Shown here piece by piece: positions 45,201 through 54,443 of a DNA stretch of 64,000 bases. Source of the stretch: Candidatus Peregrinibacteria bacterium (GTDB lineage Bacteria > Patescibacteriota > Gracilibacteria > UM-FILTER-43-11 > JACRIE01). The DNA lies in NCBI GenBank assembly GCA_016220165.1, contig JACRIE010000042.1, forward strand, positions 20,379 to 84,378. The letters are read 5' to 3'. Position numbers and translations under genes: made by a program. Position 1 is the stretch's first letter; the number at the start of each line of letters is the position of its first letter. The notes beneath the pieces are model-generated. The model was not told the DNA's origin and ran no database searches. It worked only from the letters and a program-made list of their open reading frames with translations.

Positions 45201-45656
45201 ATGTCTCAGAATACAGCGCTTAATCTCGATGACGGAAGTGATCGTCAGCACGACGGCGCCCACCGCGCCGATATACAAAGAGCCCTCCGCGCGTCGGAAA
45301 AAGCGGCCGACGGAGCCCCCTTCCCAGTCGAAGTTCAACCCACTGATGGAGAAAGAGCAGATAGAGAAGCTCTCCTTTCGGCGACAGGCAATCTCCATAT
45401 CGCGGAAAGAATTCTTGCCAAAACACTGGGTGGAACTGACGTCGTGGAAGCAATGAAAGAAAGAGGCATTAGCGTAGAACGACTCGTAGCGGAAGCTCTT
45501 GAAGAAGCCAATACCGGTAAAAATGTCACGAGCATCGCATTCTCTCGGGCGGTAAGAATGGCAAATCAGATCCTGAGAGAAAAGAGGATGCCTCAATTAC
45601 CGGATATTCATAAGGTGAGTAGGCAATTAGTAGAAGAGTTCCAACAGGAAATTTAA
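45201..45656 (+). CDS. hypothetical protein sharing an N-terminal module with the HD-domain protein
   Basis: 151-aa ORF. AADGAPFPVEVQPTDGERADREALL is similar to ATDAVFPVEVKPTPEERAAREALF in the product of 46266..47336. Confidence 0.55.
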   Translation: MSQNTALNLDDGSDRQHDGAHRADIQRALRASEKAADGAPFPVEVQPTDGERADREALLSATGNLHIAERILAKTLGGTDVVEAMKERGISVERLVAEALEEANTGKNVTSIAFSRAVRMANQILREKRMPQLPDIHKVSRQLVEEFQQEI

Positions 45657-45694
45657 AACCGTGCATTCAAATAAAAATCAATAAATTTTAAAAA

Positions 45695-46309
45695 ATGAAA
45701 CCTCCTTCTGCACCACAACCATTCGACCCCCAAGCCTTAGCGCGAGAGATGGGACTAATGGAAGCCAGATACCTCAAAGCGGTCAAGAATAAAAGCGCCG
45801 GAGTTCTGACGGGTGACACTCGTCCGGAACAACGGATAGCCGCAAACCGTGACGTGTATCGAGCTGCACTCAATGGAAAAGCCGTAGTTTCAGCCAACAC
45901 CGCAGCAAAGGGGGCCGCTCCGGATGAAGAACATGAGTCCACCCAGGCAGAAAAAGACGAAAGAATGGAAGTCTTACAACGTCAGCAAGAACTTGAGGCG
46001 AAAGCTGAAAATTTTATCCGGAGCATGGAGTGCAATCAGGCAATACGAAAAGCGCTGAAGCTTGCGGGAAACGATCCGCGTGTTGAAAGCAGAGAAATAC
46101 GAGAAGAACTCAAGCTATATTTTATTAGCAAGGGAGCTTTGAGACCTCAAAGACTATTCAAAACCATGTGCGCACGGCTCGCGGGAGACTCCGACCCTGA
46201 AGCATTTATGACCCGAGCTTTAATTACAATTGGAAAAACTTTTGACACCTTTTGCCTGCCTGATATCACGCGGCAGCTAGTGCCGGAGAAGCCTGAACGG
46301 CGGGCCTGA
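45695..46309 (+). CDS. hypothetical protein
   Basis: 204-aa ORF with no recognised domain. Its 3' end overlaps the convergent HD gene by 44 nt. Confidence 0.5.
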   Translation: MKPPSAPQPFDPQALAREMGLMEARYLKAVKNKSAGVLTGDTRPEQRIAANRDVYRAALNGKAVVSANTAAKGAAPDEEHESTQAEKDERMEVLQRQQELEAKAENFIRSMECNQAIRKALKLAGNDPRVESREIREELKLYFISKGALRPQRLFKTMCARLAGDSDPEAFMTRALITIGKTFDTFCLPDITRQLVPEKPERRA

Positions 46310-47336
46310 AGGCCGCCTCCGAAAGAGCTTTCGCGTACCCGTCATACAGCGCCGCGTCATTTAGGAATGGAGCTTCTTGGGCCATGCGGCTCGCGAGAGC
46401 ATGAATGGCGCTGATGACAACATCCATCCGAACCGTCGTGTGCAGCACGGCAACAACCGCTTTCTGAAAATCGCTCTGGGCGGTTTGATTCAAAACACCG
46501 TCAATCCATGCCGCAGAAAAGCCTGCAGGCTTCTGCTGTATTTCGTGTAAACGATAACCCCGTGGCCCCATCACGCCCGTCACCGCTTCAAAAATATCAA
46601 CCAGCTCCATCAATTGCATGGCCTTTTGCACTTTCGGATCCTCAGCTCCGGGAGCCTGCTCGCGATTGTAGCGTGAATGATGACCGATCATAACCGCTTG
46701 GGTCAAAGGGCCAAGACGATCAAAAGCCCCTGATTCCACATGATTCATGCGATCGGCAACGACCTCGGAGCTCGTATGGGATTTGATAAGACTCATTTCC
46801 GCATCGGTAGGGCGACGGCCAACAACTCCGAGCGCCTCATAAAACGCGGGATCATAAACCGTATCATCTTCGGACATCCGCGCTCCCTTGAGCTTGCCGA
46901 CATCGTGCATAAAGGCTCCTCTGGCCAAGTCGTCCTGTTCTTCGGAAGTAAAATCAGCAAAAAGTTCGGGGTGTTCGTTGTATAAAGCCATCATGATAAG
47001 ACCCACGCCCACGCTGTGCCTATAGGTTTCCGGATGATGGCGCTGGAGCGCTTCCAGAGTCTTTTGGACTTCGGGGTGACGCTCGCAGAGTTCAACAAAA
47101 CCGCGTTGAGTCCGGGCTGAGTCGCTATTGATCGCGGCGCCGCTGATACGAAAAAATAGGGCTTCCCTCGCGGCACGTTCTTCCGGGGTAGGCTTCACCT
47201 CAACTGGAAAAACGGCATCCGTAGCCGCAAGGCGAGCCGCTTCTACGGCAATCAAACGAGGATCCCTTTCCGCCGCGGGTGACGCGGCTTCCGGGGAACC
47301 GACAGAATGAATAAGCTGATCAGGAACTGAAGCCAT
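46266..47336 (-). CDS. HD-domain (metal-dependent phosphohydrolase) protein
   Basis: HSVGVG, FMHDVGK and IGHHSRYN follow the spacing of HD / HD-GYP-like domains, but no GYP motif is present. The listed ORF starts at TTG 47342; ATG 47336 is preferred. Confidence 0.65.
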   Translation of the reverse strand: MASVPDQLIHSVGSPEAASPAAERDPRLIAVEAARLAATDAVFPVEVKPTPEERAAREALFFRISGAAINSDSARTQRGFVELCERHPEVQKTLEALQRHHPETYRHSVGVGLIMMALYNEHPELFADFTSEEQDDLARGAFMHDVGKLKGARMSEDDTVYDPAFYEALGVVGRRPTDAEMSLIKSHTSSEVVADRMNHVESGAFDRLGPLTQAVMIGHHSRYNREQAPGAEDPKVQKAMQLMELVDIFEAVTGVMGPRGYRLHEIQQKPAGFSAAWIDGVLNQTAQSDFQKAVVAVLHTTVRMDVVISAIHALASRMAQEAPFLNDAALYDGYAKALSEAAFRPAVQASPALAAA

Positions 47337-47488
47337 AAACAATACTTTTTAGGAGGTAAGTATATTACTATACTATACTTTAAGTATATTGTCAATACAC
47401 ATATTTTGACAAAATATCAAAAAGTATTAATATAATAAAACTGAAATACTGAACTCGAAAAAAATTCTGATTTTATAAGTAGTTCAGT

Positions 47489-47986
47489 ATGAATAACCCA
47501 AAATTTATGGAGCCACAATCCACACAAGACGGCATCGTTTGGGTCAAACCCGAAAACATCGGGGAAAATATTGATTTAAAGGTATTAGGACTGCGGGAAG
47601 AAACCTTGCGGCTCGCTGAAAAAAACCGCGAAAAAATAGGCCATACATTGGTTTATTACGCTCATTTCATGGCCGTTCAGCTCGCCCGCTTCCTTTCCCG
47701 AAAATACAAAGGAAAAAACATTTTAGCGTCTGACTGTGAAATGGCGTTATTGCCGGATCTTGTCAGAGACACGCGCACAGCGCTGACATTGACTTTCCGC
47801 GTGTCTATAGATGTCGGCTACCAGGAATACTGGGATGTAACGCTCGCCAAAAAGCCCGATGGAATGATCGACAATACCGTTCCTGTGAAACTTAAGGACT
47901 TTACCGCCGAATTCGCAAAGGCAGAGACGCGAAGAGCGCGGTCGGGCGGAGCAACACTCGGTGGCCGTACCCCCGTTCTCTCTTAA
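47489..47986 (+). CDS. hypothetical protein
   Basis: 165-aa ORF with no recognised domain. Confidence 0.5.
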   Translation: MNNPKFMEPQSTQDGIVWVKPENIGENIDLKVLGLREETLRLAEKNREKIGHTLVYYAHFMAVQLARFLSRKYKGKNILASDCEMALLPDLVRDTRTALTLTFRVSIDVGYQEYWDVTLAKKPDGMIDNTVPVKLKDFTAEFAKAETRRARSGGATLGGRTPVLS

Positions 47987-48038
47987 TCGCCGCTTTTATT
48001 AACGTTTATTCCCGCGACCGGCTGGCCCAGGACTTTTT

Positions 48039-48088
48039 CTCGTCTCTCGTCACTCGTCACTAGTCACTCGTCTCTCGTCACTCGTCTC
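48039..48088. repeat. CGTCAC-family repeat covering the VirD4-like gene stop
   Basis: CTCGTCTCTCGTCACTCGTCACTAGTCACTCGTCTCTCGTCACTCGTCTC supplies the last residues RRVTRDE and the stop. Confidence 0.8.
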
Positions 48089-50787
48089 TTCTTCGGTCTA
48101 TCTATCAGCCCCTTCTCCCCGCGATCCAATCCTCGCACAGGCGCTTCGTCGTCTTCGCGTCGTCCGCTCTCGCTCCAGCGCTTGATCTTGTCTTCCACTT
48201 CCTCGCGCGGACGCGCGTAGCGTTCGCGGGAAAGGCGGATGATTTTGTCGCGGCGGCCCTCCTCGATCACCAAATCCGGTGGCGCGAGCGTGGCCACGGA
48301 AAACGTCTTGCTGGGCATACCGTCGATGAGGAGCTTGGTGTACGCGTGGTACTTCGGGAGCGTCACGATGTCGTTCGGCAGGACCTCTTCTGAGAATTGA
48401 TTGGAGAAATACTCGGCGTCGTCGAAGCCCACCTGGAAGCAGATGCTCGTACCCACGTTGCCGAACACCGCGTCGCGCACCTCTTCGGACATCTGTTCAA
48501 TGTACTGGTTCGCCATGGTAAGATTGAGTTTGTATTTTCGTGCTTCTGAGAGAATTGTGGCAAACGAATCCGTGGCGAAATTCTGAAATTCATCCACGTA
48601 GAGATAGAAATCCGTGCGCTTATTCGCGACCACGTCCGAGCGGCTCATGGCGTCCAGTTGGAATTTGGTGATCAGCATGGAACCGAGCAGCGATGAGTTA
48701 TCTTCGCCGATCTTGCCCTTAGAAAGGTTCACGATAATGATCTTGTTCGTATCCATCATGAAGCGCACGTTCATGGTCGATTTCGACTGCCCCACGATAT
48801 TGCGGACCATGGGGGACGAGAGGAACTGCCCGACCTTATTTTGGATAGGTGAAATCGCTTCGGTGCGGAATTTGGGCTCCATCTTGCCAAACTCATCTAG
48901 CCAGAAACTCTTCACCATGGGATTTTCGATCGTGTTCACGACCTTACGGCGGTAGTCGTCATCCACCAGGATGCGCATGATGCCGAGCATGCTGGCCCCG
49001 GGGAATTCCGTGAGGGCGAGAATAGTGTTGCGGAGGATGTGTTCAAGGCGCGGTCCCCAGCTTTCCGCGTACATCTTTTTAAAAACACCGAGCAATCCGG
49101 AAGCGATGAGTCCGCGATGCTCCGGCGTGCCGATCGAGGACTCGAGCATGTTGAAAGCGATCGGATACCCCGTGTCCGATGGATCGATGATCACCACATC
49201 ATTCGTCCGGTGCGCCGGCACAAAGTCGATCATGCGTTCCGCCAGATCGCCGTGAGGATCGATCACGGCCACGCCCTTGCCGCGCAGGATGTCGGACTGA
49301 ACCATGTTTTCAAGCAGGGTCGATTTGCCCATACCCGTTTTTCCGATGATGTAGATGTGACGCCGACGATCCGTATCGCGGATGCCGAATCTCTGTTTAA
49401 TTCCGCGAAAAGACGATGTCCCGAGTAACGTGAATTCGCTGGCGGGCACCTGCCCTTCGCGGGGCAGATTATGCGGCGGCTCCAGCTTGCGCGACATCAC
49501 CCATAAAACATTGGAAGCGGGCGTGCTCCCTTCGGACACCTGTGGCAGATGGAAAATCGTTGCCAACTCCTCCACGTTCATCACCATCGTCGCGGTCACC
49601 ACCGCGCGCTTGAGATACCGACGGAATACGGAACGATTATGCTCATTCACGCGGGCGATTTTAAAACCATTGAGGCTGGGAAGATTGAATTGCTTGAAAC
49701 TACCGGCGATCTCTTTAATTTTTACCTCCGCGTGAGGTAGATTTTCCGGATATGCCAGATACACTATGCGGATATTGGCATCAAAGGAAAGCTGGGTCAC
49801 TTTATCCACGCCGGCCGCGATCGGATCTTCGCGGTCGTGGGTACGGGACACATGCTCGTCCATGTCTTTGTCGTCCGAATCCTGGGCGCTCTGCATTTCA
49901 AGAATGCTCAGCCCTTTGCCGCGGATAGCCCAAAAAAAGACGTATAACGGACTAAAAAACAGCCGTTTCCAAAATCCACGGACGAGATAAATACGGGTCG
50001 CTAACGTCTCAAGCCAAAAAATACCGCGGAACAATCCGCGATTTACTAGGCGGAGACACTTAATCCCGCGCTTGCGCCACCAGTCCCCCAACGGCTGGAT
50101 CGTGATTTGGATCCACGCCTGCTCATCCTGAGCGCTCAATTTAGAAAGAGTCGCGATAATGCCGGACAATGGTTCCGTCGCGAGACGCGTCAGCTTATCT
50201 TCGAATTGAGCGAAACGCTTGATAGGATAAACCTGAGGCTCGGTGAATTTTAATTCCGCAGTAATAGGCTGTGGGCGCGCTAAGGGCGCGCCGGAATATT
50301 TCACGGGCAAATGCTCCGAACCTTTTACTTCTTTTTTTTGTACAGGCAGTTTCTTCTCCTGAGTCATGTCGAAGGAACGAACTGCGTCTCCTCCCCCGCC
50401 AAAGGGACCCGTATAATCCTTCATCTCTTCGATTTCCACATCCGGATACTGGGCATAAATCTGGCTCTCCACCACAATCTTAAACCGTCGCGGCATCCAG
50501 ATAAAAAATTGGATAAGCCCATCCACGGACGCGATTTCAAAACTCAATCGCGGCTGTTGGAAACCGGACAAATACCGCCACAAGGACCATTCCTCATGAA
50601 GACCGTGCAACGCGGCGAATACCTGCTCCATCACAATCGGTCCCTTTTCATTCAACTTAGAAACCGAAACACGAATGAGACAGGAATCCTGTTGCCGCTC
50701 ATACCGGCTCCGTTGCGCGCTCAAAAATAACAAAAAAAGGAAGTAAGCGAGGAGGATCCCTGCGGCAACGAATAACCACAACGTCAT
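48064..50787 (-). CDS. VirD4/TraG-like type IV coupling-protein-family ATPase with large N-terminal membrane-anchored domain
   Basis: N-terminal TM helix, Walker A GKTGMGKST, Walker B-like DFYLYVDEFQNF. The C-terminal half has the TraG/TraD-type layout. Confidence 0.7.
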   Translation of the reverse strand: MTLWLFVAAGILLAYFLFLLFLSAQRSRYERQQDSCLIRVSVSKLNEKGPIVMEQVFAALHGLHEEWSLWRYLSGFQQPRLSFEIASVDGLIQFFIWMPRRFKIVVESQIYAQYPDVEIEEMKDYTGPFGGGGDAVRSFDMTQEKKLPVQKKEVKGSEHLPVKYSGAPLARPQPITAELKFTEPQVYPIKRFAQFEDKLTRLATEPLSGIIATLSKLSAQDEQAWIQITIQPLGDWWRKRGIKCLRLVNRGLFRGIFWLETLATRIYLVRGFWKRLFFSPLYVFFWAIRGKGLSILEMQSAQDSDDKDMDEHVSRTHDREDPIAAGVDKVTQLSFDANIRIVYLAYPENLPHAEVKIKEIAGSFKQFNLPSLNGFKIARVNEHNRSVFRRYLKRAVVTATMVMNVEELATIFHLPQVSEGSTPASNVLWVMSRKLEPPHNLPREGQVPASEFTLLGTSSFRGIKQRFGIRDTDRRRHIYIIGKTGMGKSTLLENMVQSDILRGKGVAVIDPHGDLAERMIDFVPAHRTNDVVIIDPSDTGYPIAFNMLESSIGTPEHRGLIASGLLGVFKKMYAESWGPRLEHILRNTILALTEFPGASMLGIMRILVDDDYRRKVVNTIENPMVKSFWLDEFGKMEPKFRTEAISPIQNKVGQFLSSPMVRNIVGQSKSTMNVRFMMDTNKIIIVNLSKGKIGEDNSSLLGSMLITKFQLDAMSRSDVVANKRTDFYLYVDEFQNFATDSFATILSEARKYKLNLTMANQYIEQMSEEVRDAVFGNVGTSICFQVGFDDAEYFSNQFSEEVLPNDIVTLPKYHAYTKLLIDGMPSKTFSVATLAPPDLVIEEGRRDKIIRLSRERYARPREEVEDKIKRWSESGRREDDEAPVRGLDRGEKGLIDRPKKRRVTRDE

Positions 50788-50831
50788 TTCTATTTTTTAA
50801 GTTCGTGGGTATTGTATTACGTTTTTTGCAT

Positions 50832-50890
50832 CTCGTCACTCGCAACTCGCCTGTCCGTCCGAAGCGTCCGCGCGAAGGCAGGTCACTTCT
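50832..50890. repeat. CGTCAC-family repeat (variant hairpin core) between the VirD4-like start and the nfo stop
   Basis: CTCGTCACTCGCAACTCGCCTGTCCGTCCGAAGCGTCCGCGCGAAGGCAGGTCACTTCT; the nfo stop (50883-50885) lies inside it. Confidence 0.75.
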
Positions 50891-51710
50891 TAGTGATCTT
50901 CACAACGTCCTCATACAAATCCGGCGTCTCCAGGATGAGCGGCACCTTGCGGCGGTTCGCCTCGCTCAGAATGGCCTGAATCCCCTCCCAGCCGATTTCG
51001 CCCTGGCCCAGATCCGCGTGTCGGTCCACATGCGACCCGAGTGGTTTTTTGGCGTCATTGAGATGAATGACTTTTAATTTTTCCGCGCCCAGCAATCGAT
51101 CGAATTCTTTGAAAGTATCTAAAACGGCTTTTAGCGTCCGCCAGTCGTATCCCGCGGCGAATGAGTGGCAGGTATCAAGGCAGAAAAAAAGCCGCGAACG
51201 GTTCTTTTTCCCGATGCCCTCGTAAACACGGGCAAGCTCCTCAAAACTCACGCCGATCTCGGTGCCCTGCCCTGCGCCATTTTCGAGAAATAGAGGCACT
51301 TCGAGCGCTTCGCTTTCTTCGAGCGCACAATTCAGATTCTCGATCGTGTAACGAAACGCGTCCTCTTTTGGAAGCTCCAGGAATTTGCCCACGTGCGTCA
51401 CCAGCCCATGCCCGCCGATGCGCTGGAGAATATCCAAATCGAATTTGATGAAGTGCATGGCCGGTGCCGCCTCCTTCCAGGGCTTGGCGAAATTCGTAAA
51501 ATAGGAACTATGACCCACGATTGTTTTAATCCCATGCGCCTTAACGCCCTTTTTAAAATCATGGATATCCTCTTCGTCGTACGTCGATTCCCTCCACTGC
51601 TGCGGGCTATGCAAAAACAACTGCATGGCATTGCACCCGAGCGAATCGAGAAAGAAAGGAAGCGGAGCGAGTCCTTCGGCGATGGAAACATGAACGCCAA
51701 CGATCATCAC
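50883..51710 (-). CDS. nfo: deoxyribonuclease IV (endonuclease IV)
   Basis: IHLNDAKKPLGSHVDRHADLGQGEIG and TIM-barrel AP endonuclease 2 pattern. Confidence 0.85.
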   Translation of the reverse strand: MMIVGVHVSIAEGLAPLPFFLDSLGCNAMQLFLHSPQQWRESTYDEEDIHDFKKGVKAHGIKTIVGHSSYFTNFAKPWKEAAPAMHFIKFDLDILQRIGGHGLVTHVGKFLELPKEDAFRYTIENLNCALEESEALEVPLFLENGAGQGTEIGVSFEELARVYEGIGKKNRSRLFFCLDTCHSFAAGYDWRTLKAVLDTFKEFDRLLGAEKLKVIHLNDAKKPLGSHVDRHADLGQGEIGWEGIQAILSEANRRKVPLILETPDLYEDVVKITKK

Positions 51711-51809
51711 CAGTTACCAGTTACAAGTTACGCATCTATTATAATACTACAAAAAATTTGCCACGTTTAAGCAACATTTGATATAGTGACTCCCTAAAAT
51801 AAATTTTCT

Positions 51810-52193
51810 ATGCCGCCTTCCGCCCCATCTTCTGAATATTATCAGCGAACCATCCAAACGTTTCTCACCACTAATCCAGATGGCACAAGAAGCGCCGTCG
51901 CGGCCATTGAGGATCCTGTTCATCACATGGAATTAATGGCTCAGGTGAATCCTGAGGGGATTTTAAACCAAGTCTGCGTTGCAGATCGAAGCCGCCCTTT
52001 TAACGAATGCCGCACAGCGATCGCGCGGTCGGGAACAGTATGGAATGAAGTGGATCTTAAAAAAAAGGAAATGATTCACGATGTCAGAAAAAGATTGGAT
52101 GGCTGCGCTCATATCGCGGAGCTCGTTCGATATTTGTCCTTCGCGTTTCAAAAAAAATTAGACATTTACGTCTTCGATTGGAAACGACTTTAA
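51810..52193 (+). CDS. hypothetical protein (possibly DUF2889-like)
   Basis: HHMELMAQVNPEG..PFNECRTAI..GCAHIAELV loosely matches the H-x-M..P-x-x-x-C..C-T-H-L pattern I recall for DUF2889. Confidence 0.35.
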   Translation: MPPSAPSSEYYQRTIQTFLTTNPDGTRSAVAAIEDPVHHMELMAQVNPEGILNQVCVADRSRPFNECRTAIARSGTVWNEVDLKKKEMIHDVRKRLDGCAHIAELVRYLSFAFQKKLDIYVFDWKRL

Positions 52194-52611
52194 GATGTTC
52201 GCCTTTAGACGTCGGGTTAAGAATGGAAACCGATAACGGTATCTCGAGCCGTCTAAAAATCGCTATGCCATTCACAGGCAGTGGGCTCAATATACATCTG
52301 GACGGAATGCGTGTCACAGAAGCCGATGATTCTCTGGAGCGGCTGCTCAGAAATAGATCACCCGAAGATGGATTTAGAGCGCTCCGCGGCAACGGAGAAA
52401 GCCCGCCAGCGGAAGGAACGCGCCTTTTACTCCGGCTTTTTATGGAAACCCGGCGGGCCATTTTGACGCAACGATCAATCGAATTCCACACATTACGCGG
52501 AGCGATAAGAACCGGAAGAACTACTGGGGTCGAATGCGCTTTATTCAGAGATCTGATTCGTCCGTCAGAAAAAGTCTGACCTATATTCCGTATGGTGGAC
52601 CAAATTGTAAT

Positions 52612-54301
52612 TTAATAAACTTCCTTAAGGTAACACTCCTCACAAACCACGATCTCCAGCCGTTCATGAGAATAAGTCGTCTGAATCTTCGCTCCGCATT
52701 TCGCGCACGCGCGGTCGCAAACCCGTCGCGGGTTGCGCATGGCCATGCGCCTACGATGGCGCTCATCCGGATGCAAACGGGGAATCGGAAGCTTTTGATC
52801 ACGGTAGAACTTAAGCTCTTGGGGAATCAATTTAAACAAACGTCCGGTCGCCTCGCACTGAATCGCCCAATGAAGGACATCGTCCGGAATATCCGCGGTC
52901 CGATCCGGCAAACGCGCGCCGGGAATCATGCGGGTGGCATCAGGCTTTTTTTCAACCATGTCGTGCCACGACCAACCTTTTTTCGAAACCTCCGCTTTCG
53001 TCATCGGATAAAAATCCATGGCCATGCTTTCGTTATAACCAAAACAGGACATCGCGGTTGGAAAAAATTCACCCCATTCCTTCCTAGCCACCATCTGGCC
53101 CACAATCTGACCTACGATTTGTTCATATTTTTCCTTGGTGTACTGCTTGTTTAAAATACAATATTTTTTCTGCTTCAAGCCGATGCAGCCGAATAAATTC
53201 TGCGAGGAGTGGCACGCGAAGCAATACAGAAGATCCGTAATGTTATTCCAGCTGGAGATGGAAAAAAGCGTGCTCGTCGCATTCGTACCGATCTCAAGGG
53301 AATCATAACACTTCTCATTCCCGTAACCGAACGCGTACACGTCGTAACAGTCCTTTGAATCGTTATACCACGCGCAAAATTTTGCAGTCCTCGAGGTTAT
53401 CGGCGTCAAAACAGCCTTCGCACCCCTTAGAATTAAAGATGTGATTGCAGGCGGCCACATCCTGATTGTTCTGACCTTCATAGAACAGGTGCGGGTGCTT
53501 TTCGCAAAAAACTTTAAACTCCTTTTTTAAACTTTCGACCACCTTATAGGAAGTGAAATCGATGGCCGCTATTTTCTCTTCGTATTCCTCTTTCGTGCAC
53601 GATTGATTGCGGAAAACGTATTCCTTATTGCGCAGACCGTACGAGAAAAAGCAGTGATGACAATTCCGGCAGTCATACAAAAAACGTGACGCGCTGCACT
53701 CTTTGGTGTTCTGAGAGTAGGCGAGGTCGTACCCTTTTTCACAGTCTATACACTCATAACAAAGTTGGGAATCCATGATGTGGATATTATCGACGGAATT
53801 TTTATTACGTGGCATAAAAATGCCGTAATAACAATCCTCGTTGTAACCAGACGATGAAATTAGATAGCAATTCCGGTTGCGCGTGGTCGCCGTCGTATAT
53901 TCACAATTTTCCGCATTATTATTCTGGTGCACGGCCTGCTTGGGGACTTTCAAAAGCAGGTCTTTGAACTGCTCGAAAAACGGACGGCCGAAATCAAAGT
54001 CCTGACCAAAATCCATGGGATCCCAGTGGTCGCTCCACCAGCAGTCGCGGCAATAAACGGTGTAAGGACTTTCGGACGAAAGGACCGACATGGTGGATCG
54101 CTTGCAGAGATCGCACGGCCTCTTATAAAGCGTGCGCTCGTTCTTCCAGCTCAGATGGCGCTGCTGGCGGCAGTCCGGGCACAGCGTCGGTTCCGGAAGC
54201 GCGATCTTTTTCCCGCCCACGATGGGCGAAACTTTATCGTAAAACGCGCGGTCCGCGTCCGTGACAAGAAAATCCATTTTGCATTGAGTGCACGGCTTCA
54301 T
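52612..54301 (-). CDS. Cys-rich multi-zinc-ribbon protein, paralogue 1, interrupted by a +1 frameshift
   Basis: ORFs 53363..54301 and 52612..53481 join into one 562-aa reading frame if one A is removed from AAAATTTT (53376-53383). The total length of 1690 nt equals 3n+1. Colinear with paralogue 2; both end in CEECYLKEVY. Confidence 0.7.
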
Positions 54302-54443
54302 AAAAAAATAATTAGGTTCCGAGTTGTTACTATAATGCTACAATAAACAAATGTCAAAAATGTTGACTATCAATTTAAAATTAATTGATTTTGGCTCTTA
54401 ATAAATATAAAATTGTTGTCAGTTTAATTGACATTTTTAATCT

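Noticed and set aside
52420-52445. SRP RNA-like GGAAGGAA motif.
   Set aside because: The flanking bases do not close a GGAA tetraloop, and the conserved asymmetric and symmetric loops of SRP helix 8 cannot be drawn.
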